A stretch of DNA of 64,000 bases, taken from contig CAZMNW010000020.1 in assembly GCA_964567755.1 (NCBI GenBank), forward strand, positions 7,401 to 71,400, written 5' to 3'. This DNA is from an uncultured bacterium. GTDB taxonomy: Bacteria; Krumholzibacteriota; Krumholzibacteriia; G020349025. The translations under genes and the position numbers were made by a program. Of this stretch, positions 37,816 through 47,794 are shown one piece after another (positions within the stretch are counted from its first letter, which is position 1; each line of letters starts with the position of its first letter). The notes beneath the pieces were generated by a model. It did not search any database. It had not been told where the DNA came from and saw only the letters and a program-made list of their open reading frames with translations.

Positions 37816-40800
37816 ATGAACTGGACGCGATGCTGCCACCTCGGTGCCTGGCTGCTGGTGGCTGGAGTGGGCGTCACGCAGCCGAGTCACGCGCACGAGG
37901 TGCCCGGGAGCGCTCTGCAGCTGTTCGCCTATCAGACGGAATCGGCACCGGCACCCATCGACGGGAACATCGCGCCGGATGGACAAGAAGGCAAGTGGCG
38001 CAGTGCCTACGTGCGCAGCATCCGTTTTTCCAGCGCCGACGGAACCATCGTCAAGGATGGAACGCTGCTCATCACCAGCGATGCCGACTACCTCTACTTG
38101 GGAGTCGGCTTCAACTCGCAGTCGGCTGGCAACGTCAACTACGCGCGAGTCTACTTCGATCAGAACCACGACCACGTTCTGGATGGCAGTGCGTCGGTTC
38201 CCGGAGAATACTTTGTGCAGGTCCAGGGATCGAGTCCCTCCACCGTGACGCACGGTGGCTGGTTCGGTACGTCGGGCTGGCAGAACTATGCAGTCTCCCC
38301 GGCGGGGTTCGAAGCATCGGCAGAAAAACACGGCACCGGGAATCCAAACACCTGGAACTTCGAGATCAAGCTTCCCTTGCAAGCAGGCACCGGGGGCGGC
38401 GGTGAGAGCTTTCTGAACGTCGCGCCGGAGGCGGAGGTCGGCCTCCTGGTCGAGGTCAACGATGCCTCGAACGGCGTACTCTACTGGCAGCCGACCGGAC
38501 GCAATCCCCAGGACCCGTCGACGTGGGGCGAGATCCAGCTCGGGGTTCCCAACCCGTCGCGAGACGTCGCGGGAAGCATTTCCCTGGGACACGAGCCGAT
38601 CATCGACGGCAGCGTCACCAACGATCTGGCCTGGCGGCACTACACGTCGTCAGTGCGGCAGGTGCAGTTCACCAACTACAACGGCGACTTCATCTCCGGG
38701 CGGCTCTACGCGAAGTCGAACGCCAGCGACGTCTATGTTGCTCTCGTCCTGGATGGACGTCCCGCCGTCGCCGGAGACCGGCTGCGAGTCTTCTTCGACT
38801 ACGAAACAGCGTCGGGCGGTGATCTGGATTACATCCTGACCAATACTTCCGAGAATGGAGCGAGTCTCATCTACACCGGTGCGGGGACTGGAACCCTGAA
38901 CGACACGCACTTCGAGGACACGCCGGCCTGGGCAGCCGATGCCGTCGATGGCAGCGGCGCCGTGGGGCACAGCGGCGCGGACTACGAGTTCGAGTTCCGC
39001 GTGCCGCTGGCCGGGGTGGGCGCCGCGGACCTGCAGGTGGCGTTGGGAGCCCGGCTGGGGATGAACCTGGAGTTCACCGACGTCGGGACGGGTGAATCCT
39101 ACTGGTGGGTCTCGGCCGCGAACTCGCCCTACCAGAAGATGCGCGTCGATGCCATTTCCTTCACGGCGCTGGGATGGCTGCGCCTGCAAACAGGTGCGCC
39201 TGTGATCCAGCCCGTCTATCCCCGTGACAACGACGAGGTTTCGGGGCACTTCCCGTTCATGATCTACTCCACGTCGGCGACCGGGGATGCCGGCATCGTT
39301 GCGACGGAGTTTTCCGACGACCTCGGCGCTACGTGGCAAACACTGGAGCGCACCGACGAGAGCGGCGTGTGGACCCGCGTGTGGAACACGACGGTGTTGA
39401 CCGACGGCCCGCGGGAGATCCGCATTCGCGCCACCGACACATCGGACCTCGTGGCGACCGCAGTGCTCCAGGTGACCGTCGACAACCGAGGCGGTGTCTC
39501 GCTCGAGGTTCCGACGCTGGTCGTGAATGCGCCTGTGGCAGGCGCTTACGTCTCGGGAGTCATCCCGGTGACATTCACCGCCACACCGGCGCCGGGCCGG
39601 ACGCTCCTGGACACGGAAATCAACATCGACGGGGGAGCCTGGATCGCGGCATCGAGCCCCTTCGCTTGGGACACGCGGCTCGGGAGCGATGGCAGCCACA
39701 TCTTCCGGCTGCGAGCTCTGCAGAGTGACAGTCTCTACGGGTACTCGCAGCCGCGCCTGGTCGTTGCCGACAACACGGCGCCGGAGCTGGAGGCGCTCGC
39801 TGTGGCCTATCCGGCAACGCAATCCGCCGCGAAGACGGGAGATCTGATCCGGGTGACGGCGCTGGTGCGCGACGCGCGCGCCGGTCTCGATGCCGCAACA
39901 GTGCTCCTGAACTCGAATGCCGTGGATGGTGCCACCCACGTCATGGTGGACGACGGCAGCCAAGGGGATGACATTGCCGGCGACCACGTCTACTCCTACG
40001 CCGTGACCGTGACGAGCACCGTGTCGGGACCGGTAGCCGTGTCGCTCGGCGCCGGCGATGTTCTGGGCAACTCCGCCGCACCCATCGTCGTGGACGTGCT
40101 CTTGGACAACGACATGCCCGTGCACGTGTCCACCGTCGCCGGGGACGCTGATCGCATCTACAAGAACACGGACACCGTGAAGTTGACAACGGCGTGGGAC
40201 GGTGCGGGATACTGGGTCACGGCGGATTTCGGCAATCTGGACAGCGGTTATGTCAAGGGCGCCGAGCAAGTCGTGGACAACGAAGATGGCTCTTACACGG
40301 TCACTTATGCCATCAGCTTCGAGAACACCGTGGCCGATGGCAGCAGCATCGCCATCCCCATCACCGCTCACGACCGCACGGGGAACGGGCCCGTGACCGA
40401 CGCCGCGTTCGTCGTCGAGCTCGACAACACGGTGCCTGCCTTCGAAACGGTCGACACGGCGCAAGACAACTACACCGATGGTGAAACGGTGATTCTGATC
40501 GTGGTCATGGACGATTCGACCTATCGGGTGTGGTCGGACTTCAGCGCCATCGACAGCAACTACTCGGCGGGCGACGAGACGGTGACGCGCGCGGGGAATG
40601 CGTACACGGTGAGCTACACGCTGTTCCCGGATGCGCAGAACACCACGCCCGATGGCTCTTATGCGCTTCCCGTGTCTGCCGAGGACATTGCCGGCAACCG
40701 CGCCTCGCTCAGCACGAGCATCGAACTGGACAACACGCGGGAGGCAGTCACCATCCTGCGGCCCCGGGACGGAGATCTGATCACCGGCAACGTCGTGATC

Positions 40801-42120
40801 GACGTCACCTCGGCGGACGATACGCGCTTTGTCCGCTTCCAGGTTTCTCCCGACGGTGGGGTCAACTGGTACAACCTGGAGGGCACGCAGCAGCCGTTCG
40901 ACTACACCCAGGACAGCGATGCCACCGACGGCTGGAGGCAGATCTGGCGTACTGCCGAGGATGCCCTGCCGGATGGCGTGGACTATCACATTCGCGTGCT
41001 GGCGTACGACGAGCAGGATCCTGTGCCGCACTTCATCGGCCAAGACGAGGTGGGAGGTGGACTGGTTGTCGACAATACGCCACCGACGCTCAGCATCGAG
41101 GTCGTGCCGCGGCCGTCGCTCGGACCACTGCGCGGCGAGGTGTATACGGCGGAGATCCTGCTCCGCGGCAGCTATTTCGACCTGCCCGACAGCAATCGCG
41201 TCGTCGGCATCACGATTTTCCACCGCAATGCCGATGGGGACGATGTCAACGACAGCCCCATCGCCGTTCCGGCCAGCGGCTACGAGTTCAGCCGTCGTAT
41301 GCGGATGCTGGCGGGGATCAACTACATCACGGTGACGGTGTTCGACGAGGCCGGTCTCAGCACCTCGCAAACGGCGGAGCTGACCTACATGCCTCCGGAG
41401 AACGTGGTGACCGTGGGGCCCGCAGGGGGCGAGGTGCGTTCACCGGATGGCACGACATTGACGATTCCAGCCGGTGCGCTTCTGCGTGACGAGGATATCT
41501 CGGTGACGCGCGTGCCGCCGGACGAGCTGCTGCCGGCAGCGGATCCAAGGGTGACGCTGCTCAAGGTAGCGCACGCCTTCGATCCCGATGGGCTGGTGTT
41601 CCACCGCGCCGCGGGGCTCGTCCTGACCTACACCGACGCCGACCTCGACCCGGACCAGAACGGAACACCCGACTGGAGCGAGGCCGAGCTGGAAGTGTTC
41701 TTCTGGGATGGCTTCCGCTGGGTGCGAACGGAGCCGCCCCAACGCGATGCTGCCGCCAACACGTTGACGTTAAAGGTGAATCACTTGGCGACGTTCGACA
41801 TCGGGGTGATGACGGCTGGGGGACCCAGCGCCAACGTGTACTGGACACGCAACCCGCTCACGCCGGAAGAGGGGAGCACCTGCGTGTACGAACTGCCGGC
41901 GGAAGGACAGCTGTCGCTCAAGATCTACGACATGACCGGGCATCTGGTGCGGACGGTCGTGGAGCGGGAGCCGGTCGCCATAGCGGGTTCCGTGCGCTGG
42001 GATGGGCTCAACGATTTCGACCGCTACGTCGGCAGCGGTGTCTATGTCTTCATCTTCGATTTCACCGGCAACGACGGAAGCAAAGTCAGTCTCCGCAAGC
42101 CGCTGGGGGTCGTGAAATGA
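37816..42120 (+). CDS. large secreted multi-domain protein (CBM-like N-terminus, multiple Ig-like/BIG domains) with a FlgD-Ig/T9SS-type C-terminal sorting domain
   Basis: Signal peptide 'MNWTRCCHLGAWLLVAGVGVTQPSHA'. Repeated 'VVDNTxP' Ig-like linkers. C-terminus 'LSLKIYDMTGHLVRTVV...VRWDGLND...GSGVYVFIF' is CTD-like. Confidence 0.8.
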   Translation: MNWTRCCHLGAWLLVAGVGVTQPSHAHEVPGSALQLFAYQTESAPAPIDGNIAPDGQEGKWRSAYVRSIRFSSADGTIVKDGTLLITSDADYLYLGVGFNSQSAGNVNYARVYFDQNHDHVLDGSASVPGEYFVQVQGSSPSTVTHGGWFGTSGWQNYAVSPAGFEASAEKHGTGNPNTWNFEIKLPLQAGTGGGGESFLNVAPEAEVGLLVEVNDASNGVLYWQPTGRNPQDPSTWGEIQLGVPNPSRDVAGSISLGHEPIIDGSVTNDLAWRHYTSSVRQVQFTNYNGDFISGRLYAKSNASDVYVALVLDGRPAVAGDRLRVFFDYETASGGDLDYILTNTSENGASLIYTGAGTGTLNDTHFEDTPAWAADAVDGSGAVGHSGADYEFEFRVPLAGVGAADLQVALGARLGMNLEFTDVGTGESYWWVSAANSPYQKMRVDAISFTALGWLRLQTGAPVIQPVYPRDNDEVSGHFPFMIYSTSATGDAGIVATEFSDDLGATWQTLERTDESGVWTRVWNTTVLTDGPREIRIRATDTSDLVATAVLQVTVDNRGGVSLEVPTLVVNAPVAGAYVSGVIPVTFTATPAPGRTLLDTEINIDGGAWIAASSPFAWDTRLGSDGSHIFRLRALQSDSLYGYSQPRLVVADNTAPELEALAVAYPATQSAAKTGDLIRVTALVRDARAGLDAATVLLNSNAVDGATHVMVDDGSQGDDIAGDHVYSYAVTVTSTVSGPVAVSLGAGDVLGNSAAPIVVDVLLDNDMPVHVSTVAGDADRIYKNTDTVKLTTAWDGAGYWVTADFGNLDSGYVKGAEQVVDNEDGSYTVTYAISFENTVADGSSIAIPITAHDRTGNGPVTDAAFVVELDNTVPAFETVDTAQDNYTDGETVILIVVMDDSTYRVWSDFSAIDSNYSAGDETVTRAGNAYTVSYTLFPDAQNTTPDGSYALPVSAEDIAGNRASLSTSIELDNTREAVTILRPRDGDLITGNVVIDVTSADDTRFVRFQVSPDGGVNWYNLEGTQQPFDYTQDSDATDGWRQIWRTAEDALPDGVDYHIRVLAYDEQDPVPHFIGQDEVGGGLVVDNTPPTLSIEVVPRPSLGPLRGEVYTAEILLRGSYFDLPDSNRVVGITIFHRNADGDDVNDSPIAVPASGYEFSRRMRMLAGINYITVTVFDEAGLSTSQTAELTYMPPENVVTVGPAGGEVRSPDGTTLTIPAGALLRDEDISVTRVPPDELLPAADPRVTLLKVAHAFDPDGLVFHRAAGLVLTYTDADLDPDQNGTPDWSEAELEVFFWDGFRWVRTEPPQRDAAANTLTLKVNHLATFDIGVMTAGGPSANVYWTRNPLTPEEGSTCVYELPAEGQLSLKIYDMTGHLVRTVVEREPVAIAGSVRWDGLNDFDRYVGSGVYVFIFDFTGNDGSKVSLRKPLGVVK

Positions 42121-43073
42121 GCCGGATCCAGCCGCGACAGGGAAGCATGGGTTGGAACCACCTCGTCGCCATCGCAGTGGGTGCTGCCAGCCTCTGCGCC
42201 GCCATGCCAGCTGCGCACGGGGATACGAGCACTCTCGTCATTGGCGCACGCGCACAGGGCATGGGGTCAGCGTTCAGTGCCGTCGGCGACGATGCGACAG
42301 CGACCTTCTGGAATCCGGCCGGTTTGACCCAGGTGCGCCGGACGGAGCTGAACTACAGCCACTGGCTGCTCTCGGACGTGTCCGATGTCAGCGTCGATTT
42401 CGCCGCCGTGAGCGTGCCATTCGCGGCCGGCGGGCTCGATGCGACAGTGGGGCTCAGCTTTGCCCGTGTTGGAGCGGACTTGGAGGAAGGACCGGCCGCG
42501 ACCACTCAGGGCATCTCGGACAGCCGCTTCTCCCTTTCCGGGGGGCTGCGTGTTGTCCGCTTCCTCTCGGTCGGGATGTCGCTCAATCGTCTCGAAGTCG
42601 ACAGCGATCGTGGAAGCGGCGCCGGTTTCGGCTTTGATGCGGCGCTCTTGCTGCAGCCCTTCGAGGAGTACGATGTCCGCGTCGCCGCCGTGGGTAAGAA
42701 CCTCTCGGGCGACGTGAAGAACGAGGACCTGAACCAGTCCTGGCGTCTGGGGTTGGCGGGCTCCTTGTGGAAGAGCCGCGTGCTCCTCTCGGCAGATGCG
42801 AACCTGCGCCGCGACATCAATCGGCATGATGGCGTGACGGGTCTCTACTACGGCGGCATCGAAATCACGCCTCACGAGGTGTTTTCCCTGCGTGGTGGCT
42901 TCGGCAGTGAATCACAGTACGGACTTGGTTTCGGCGTGCGGCATCGGGGTTTTGCCTTCGACTACGCGTATTCCGATGACGACGAGGTGCTGGGGAGCCA
43001 GCACCGGGTTTCCGTTTCCCTGGCGTTCGGTTCTGGTCGCCTCGGCCAGCCAGCCAAGCCCGAAGGATCGTGA
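42117..43073 (+). CDS. FadL-superfamily outer-membrane beta-barrel (PorQ/PorV-like)
   Basis: Signal peptide. 'GMGSAFSAVGDDATATFWNPAGL' is the FadL/PorV-type N-terminal motif. Amphipathic beta strands. ATG overlaps the upstream stop (ATGA). Confidence 0.6.
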   Translation: MSRIQPRQGSMGWNHLVAIAVGAASLCAAMPAAHGDTSTLVIGARAQGMGSAFSAVGDDATATFWNPAGLTQVRRTELNYSHWLLSDVSDVSVDFAAVSVPFAAGGLDATVGLSFARVGADLEEGPAATTQGISDSRFSLSGGLRVVRFLSVGMSLNRLEVDSDRGSGAGFGFDAALLLQPFEEYDVRVAAVGKNLSGDVKNEDLNQSWRLGLAGSLWKSRVLLSADANLRRDINRHDGVTGLYYGGIEITPHEVFSLRGGFGSESQYGLGFGVRHRGFAFDYAYSDDDEVLGSQHRVSVSLAFGSGRLGQPAKPEGS

Positions 43074-43144
43074 GCACTGCCGGATCCCGCAGCGAAATTC
43101 ACCGCACTCGCTCTCGTCGTGGCGGAGGATGACCGTAACCTGGA

Positions 43145-44284
43145 TCACTCGAAGCGGAAGACGCGGGTCGCGAGGAAGAAGAGGATCACGGTCGCGGCGC
43201 ACATGCCGAGCACGTGGGGCAGGACGGCGGCCGGCGCGGCGCCGAAGCTGACGAGCTGGTGCAGGCCGTCCATGGCCCAGCCGGTGGGCAGGAAGAGCTG
43301 CAGCTTCTGCATCCATTTCGGTGTGATCTCGATCGGCCACCAGCAGCCACCGAGCGCGGCCAGCACGTTGGTGGCGACGACACCGATGGCGATGGCTTGG
43401 CCTTCGCTGCGAGCGAGGCTGCCGAGCAGAATGCCGAGCGTCGCCGTGAGCGTGGCATAGGCGAGCAGCAACACGACGACCATCCACAAGTTCGGACCCC
43501 AGTTCATCTTGAAGAGCACGGTGCCGGCCAGCATGCCGAAGGCGATCTGCACCACGCCGATCCCCATCTTGCCGCTCCACTTGCCGAGCACGATCGCGGG
43601 CCGGGAGATCGGCGTGTAGGCGAGCCGGCGCAGGAGACCCTGCCGGCGTTCGGTGAACAACAGCACCGCGCCGCTGGTGCAGAGAATCGAGAGCACGAAC
43701 ATCACGAGAATCCCAGGAATCGCCTGCTCGAAACCGGTGGGCACGTGCCGGCGCTTGCCGGCAGGCGCGACCTCGACCTGCAGAGTCCGCGGCAAAGAAT
43801 CGAGGTGGGCAAGGCTCGCAGGTGTCGGCGCGAGACCTTGCTCGCCGGTCACGATGACGTCGGCAAGCAGTGTGTACGCGGCGCGCCCGATGCGCACGAG
43901 GTCGTAGTCGTTGCCGAGCCCACTTTCCTCGCGGACGAAGCGCAGTTTCACCGGCTTGCCGGCCAGGACGGAGTCGGTGAAGCCGGACGGGATGCGCAGG
44001 CGGCGCGACGCGGCGTCGAACTCGGCCATCGTTTCTGGCCGCACGATTTCGTAGCGCCGGTCTTCGAGCCGGTGCTGCAGCTGATCGCCGAGGAAGCCGG
44101 TGTCGCCGTCCGTCCACAGCGCCAAACGGTCCGGATGGCCGCCACGGCTGCCGAAATTCGACGTCACGGTGCCGATGAAATAGAAGAACACGATCGGCAT
44201 CACGAACATCCAGCCGATGGCCTCGCGCTCGCGCAGCATGTACTGCACGTCCTTGCGTCCGAGAAACCACACGTGACGCAGCAT
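43145..44284 (-). CDS. ABC-2 type transporter permease
   Basis: 379 aa. One N-terminal TM, a roughly 150-aa extracytoplasmic loop, then five TM helices (ABC2_membrane_3/YhgE-like). Start is 2 nt after the upstream permease stop. Confidence 0.8.
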   Translation of the reverse strand: MLRHVWFLGRKDVQYMLREREAIGWMFVMPIVFFYFIGTVTSNFGSRGGHPDRLALWTDGDTGFLGDQLQHRLEDRRYEIVRPETMAEFDAASRRLRIPSGFTDSVLAGKPVKLRFVREESGLGNDYDLVRIGRAAYTLLADVIVTGEQGLAPTPASLAHLDSLPRTLQVEVAPAGKRRHVPTGFEQAIPGILVMFVLSILCTSGAVLLFTERRQGLLRRLAYTPISRPAIVLGKWSGKMGIGVVQIAFGMLAGTVLFKMNWGPNLWMVVVLLLAYATLTATLGILLGSLARSEGQAIAIGVVATNVLAALGGCWWPIEITPKWMQKLQLFLPTGWAMDGLHQLVSFGAAPAAVLPHVLGMCAATVILFFLATRVFRFE

Positions 44285-44286
44285 CT

Positions 44287-45540
44287 TCACCCCTGGGCGA
44301 AGCCCCGCCGCAACCGGCGGGCACTGACGAGGAACAACACGGTGCCGACGGCAACCAACGCGGCGATGGCAGATCCGAGCGCCGGCGGCCGGACCGTGCC
44401 GTTCAAGATGTTTTCGAGTTGCTGCACCGACCAGCCGTTCGGCGTGTGACGGCCGATGGTCGCCATCCATTCCGGCATGGCTTCGAAAGGAAAGAAGCTG
44501 CCACCGATCATCATGAGCGGGAAGATGAGCCCCATGCTCACGATGTTCCCGGCGCGCTGGGTGCGCACGTGTAACTGGATCGTCATCATCGCGAGCAGGA
44601 GGACGGCCCCGGAGAACATCACCCACAGCGTGGCGAGCGGCAGCGCTGCCGGTGCGAGGCGGAAGTAGAGGAACGCGATGGTGAGCGACACGAGCCCGGT
44701 GGCGCCCATCAACGCGGTGCCGTAGATCGCCTTGCCGCCGAGGAACTCCATCACCGACCGCGGCGACACCACGAGCCGGCGCAAGGTCATCTGGCTGCGC
44801 TCGCGCCAAAGATCCTCGCTCACACCTTGGGCCATGAACAGCAGCGACATGTACAGGAGACCAGGCAGGAAGTAGAGCGCGAAGCTCTTGGGCGGTCCGG
44901 CGGTTTTCTCCTTTTCCTCTTCGTCCGTCGTCGCTTCGAGCTGGACAACGAGCGGGGAGAGATAGCTGCTGACGCGGCCGGCCAGCTCGTTGATCCGCAC
45001 GCTGGAGGACATGATCTGCGCATTGGGGAAGGTGTCGAGGCCGGGGCCCGGGCCACCGGCGAAAGCGCGCAGGTCTTCGCCCAGCACGCGATGCAGGTAG
45101 AACGCGGCGTCGGCGAAAATCGCCAGGCTCTCTTCGACGATGCCGGGGAGAATCCGTTGCGCCGGATTGGTCACTAGACGCAGCGTGCACGGTTCTTCGC
45201 GCAGCACGGCATCGGAGAACCCGGCGGGGATGACCAGGAGCCCGGTTGCTTCGCCCCGTTCGACGCGCTTGCGCCCGGCTTCGAGCTCCACGACCTCGGC
45301 GCGGATGAAGCTGCCGGCAGCTTCTTGACTCAATCCACCGAGGAGGAAATTGCTGAGCACGCTATCGTCCTGATCCACGACCAAGAGATGCGCCTGTGGG
45401 CGCGGTCCGCCTCTTCCGCCGGTGGAAGCGACGACGAGTGTGCCGATGACGAGCGGGATGCCGAGCCAGAGCACGAACTCGACCGGAGTGCGGCGCTGCC
45501 GTTGAAAATCTTTGAGCGCCGTGCGCCACAGGAAAGTCAT
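44287..45540 (-). CDS. ABC-2 type transporter permease
   Basis: 417 aa with the same architecture as its downstream paralog. Confidence 0.8.
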   Translation of the reverse strand: MTFLWRTALKDFQRQRRTPVEFVLWLGIPLVIGTLVVASTGGRGGPRPQAHLLVVDQDDSVLSNFLLGGLSQEAAGSFIRAEVVELEAGRKRVERGEATGLLVIPAGFSDAVLREEPCTLRLVTNPAQRILPGIVEESLAIFADAAFYLHRVLGEDLRAFAGGPGPGLDTFPNAQIMSSSVRINELAGRVSSYLSPLVVQLEATTDEEEKEKTAGPPKSFALYFLPGLLYMSLLFMAQGVSEDLWRERSQMTLRRLVVSPRSVMEFLGGKAIYGTALMGATGLVSLTIAFLYFRLAPAALPLATLWVMFSGAVLLLAMMTIQLHVRTQRAGNIVSMGLIFPLMMIGGSFFPFEAMPEWMATIGRHTPNGWSVQQLENILNGTVRPPALGSAIAALVAVGTVLFLVSARRLRRGFAQG

Positions 45541-45565
45541 TCCGTTGCTCCCAGCCGGCGAGCTG

Positions 45566-46495
45566 TTACTCGCGCAGCTCCTTGCCGGTGAGCTTGATGA
45601 AGAGGCTCTCGAGATTGGGTTGCGTGACCGTGGTCTCGTACAGTTCGGCTCCCGCGGCCGTGAGCGCCTGCAGCGTCGCCGGCAGTTTGCGCGTCGCCTC
45701 GCGCATCGCCAAGGTCACCGAGTCGGTTTCCACCTGTACGATCTCGACGCCGTCGAGCCGGGTGAGCGCCTCGCGCACCGCAGCGGGCTCGAAACGCCCG
45801 GACAAGCGCAGCAGATCGCGTTCCCCGACCTTGGCGCGCAGCTCGACGAGCGTGCCCATGGCGATGATGCGTCCATGATCGATGATCGCCAAGCGATCGC
45901 AGAGGCTCTCGGCTTCTTCCATGTAATGAGTCGTGTACAGGACGCAGGTGCCCTGGCGGGCCTGGTCACGCACGAGATCCAGGAGACGCACGCGACTCTG
46001 CGGATCGACTCCCACCGTGGGTTCGTCGAGGAGCAATGCCTGCGGCGTGTGCACGAGAGCGCAACCGAAGTTGAGCCGGCGTTTCATGCCGCCGCTGAAG
46101 CGCTTGACCGGCTCCTTGGCGCGGTCGTGCAGCTCGATGATCTCGAGCACTTCCTGCACGCGCTTCTTGAGGGTCCCGCCGCGCAATCCATACGCTGCGC
46201 CCCAGTAGCTGAGATTTTCGCGCGCGGAGAGTTCTTCGTAGAGTGCCAGCTCTTGCGGCACGACACCCAGCTTTTCGCGCGACGCGCGGCCGTCGGTCAC
46301 GACATCGTGTCCGAAGACACGCACGCGGCCGGCATCGGGCCGGAGCAAGCCCGAAACGCAACCGATGGCGGTGGTCTTGCCGGCACCGTTCGGCCCGAGC
46401 AGGCCGAAAATCGCACCGGGCTCGGCCTGGAAACTGACATCGTCGACGGCGGTGATCGAGCCGTACTGCTTGCGCAGGCCCAGAACCTCGATCAT
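45566..46495 (-). CDS. ABC transporter ATP-binding protein
   Basis: Walker A 'GPNGAGKTT'. Signature 'FSGGMKRRL'. Walker B 'LLLDEPT'. Confidence 0.9.
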   Translation of the reverse strand: MIEVLGLRKQYGSITAVDDVSFQAEPGAIFGLLGPNGAGKTTAIGCVSGLLRPDAGRVRVFGHDVVTDGRASREKLGVVPQELALYEELSARENLSYWGAAYGLRGGTLKKRVQEVLEIIELHDRAKEPVKRFSGGMKRRLNFGCALVHTPQALLLDEPTVGVDPQSRVRLLDLVRDQARQGTCVLYTTHYMEEAESLCDRLAIIDHGRIIAMGTLVELRAKVGERDLLRLSGRFEPAAVREALTRLDGVEIVQVETDSVTLAMREATRKLPATLQALTAAGAELYETTVTQPNLESLFIKLTGKELRE

Positions 46496-46742
46496 GGCGT
46501 GGCCCTCCGGAGTGCTGGAAGAAGCTGAGGATCATACGTGATTCGCGAGCGGGAGGTTACAGCGGGAGGGCGCGAGATCACGAGCCAGAGGGTTGCCCAG
46601 GAGGCAGCGGGTTGGCAGGGCAGAAGAGCCAGCCTGTGCATCTCGTGATGGAACGAGCGCGTATGATGAAGGACGAGGCACCTGCACGCAGGAAGTTGGC
46701 GGCACGTGCACGCGAGGAGGACGGCGGCCGCAGGAGGACGAC

Positions 46743-47246
46743 GTGGTGCAGATCGTGAGCGCGGCCACACCGGCGCACATCGTTCAGGTGCGCGAGCTCT
46801 TCGTCGAGTATGCCGCTTGGCTCGGAATCAGTTTGTGTTTCCAGGGATTCGATCAGGAGTTGGAAAGTCTGCCCGGACGCTACGCCCCACCCGGCGGCCT
46901 CTTGCTGTTGGGACTGGACGGCGACCGCGCTGTGGGCTGCATCGGCATGCGACCCATGGAGGATGGTGTCTGCGAGATGAAGCGGCTCTATGTCTGCCCC
47001 TCGCACCGCGGCCAAGGGTTGGGCCAGACGCTCGTGCTTCGGGTTCTGCGCGCGGCCGAGCGGCTCGGGTACCGGCGCATGCGTTTGGACACGCTTCCCG
47101 TCATGGCCGCTGCACGACAGCTGTATGGGCGTCTCGGCTTCAGCGAAATCGCTTCGTACTATACGAACCCCGTCGAAGGGGTGGTCTACATGGAGATTAC
47201 GCTCCCGGTGTCGGCTGTACCCAACGACCCTGGCCCGAGTAACTAA
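46743..47246 (+). CDS. GNAT family N-acetyltransferase
   Basis: 'RGQGLGQTLVLRVLRAAERLGYRRMRLDT' is the acetyl-CoA binding motif A. GTG start with AGGAGG upstream. Confidence 0.8.
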   Translation: MVQIVSAATPAHIVQVRELFVEYAAWLGISLCFQGFDQELESLPGRYAPPGGLLLLGLDGDRAVGCIGMRPMEDGVCEMKRLYVCPSHRGQGLGQTLVLRVLRAAERLGYRRMRLDTLPVMAAARQLYGRLGFSEIASYYTNPVEGVVYMEITLPVSAVPNDPGPSN

Positions 47247-47278
47247 GAGGCTGGCCGCCCCGTTTCCCAGGATGTGCG

Positions 47279-47794
47279 ATGCACCGGCGCTTTCAGGAGC
47301 TCGTGGAGATGTACCAGGACCGCATCTACCGGCTGGCGCGCTACAGCGTCGGGAACCGCGAGGAAGCCGAGGACATCGCGCAGGAGGTTCTGGTCCGCCT
47401 CTGGCGTCACCTGGACCGGATCGAGCCTGCCGGGATCTGGCCATGGCTCGTGCGGGTGACTCGGAACGCCAGCATCGACGCGCTGCGCCGGCGCGGTAGC
47501 TATCGAGCGGTCGTCGTGTCGGATCCTGAAGATCAATCGACGCAATGGGTTGCAAGTCCAGGTCGGAGCCCTGCCGCAGATTCCGAGGCCGGCGAGTTCC
47601 AGCGCCACCTCGAAGAGGCACTGCGCGAGCTGGCCGAGCCGTATCGGAGCATCGTGATCCTGCGTGAGATCGAGCAACGCAAGTACGACGAGATCGCGAC
47701 CGCGCTCGAGCTGCCGCTCAACACCGTCAAGGTGTACCTGCACCGGGGGCGGCGGATGTTGCGGGCCAAACTTCGGGAGTTCGCCGAGCCATGA
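47279..47794 (+). CDS. RNA polymerase sigma-70 factor, ECF subfamily
   Basis: Region 2 'EDIAQEVLVRLW'. Region 4 'YDEIATALELPLNTVKVYLHRGRRML'. Confidence 0.9.
   Translation: MHRRFQELVEMYQDRIYRLARYSVGNREEAEDIAQEVLVRLWRHLDRIEPAGIWPWLVRVTRNASIDALRRRGSYRAVVVSDPEDQSTQWVASPGRSPAADSEAGEFQRHLEEALRELAEPYRSIVILREIEQRKYDEIATALELPLNTVKVYLHRGRRMLRAKLREFAEP

Noticed and set aside
38650-41370. 906-aa antisense ORF inside the 1434-aa multi-Ig gene; similar 600-736-aa antisense ORFs at 51006-52820, 52866-54293 and 56610-58820 inside the giant gene
   Set aside because: These are open frames created by high GC and repetitive codons. The sense frames encode coherent signal peptide / Ig-repeat / CTD architectures.
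43145-46495. Calling the ABC operon gldA/gldF/gldG
   Set aside because: Two similar roughly 400-aa ABC-2 permeases do not match the GldF (about 240 aa) / GldG (about 560 aa) size pattern. Kept as a generic ABC-2 exporter.
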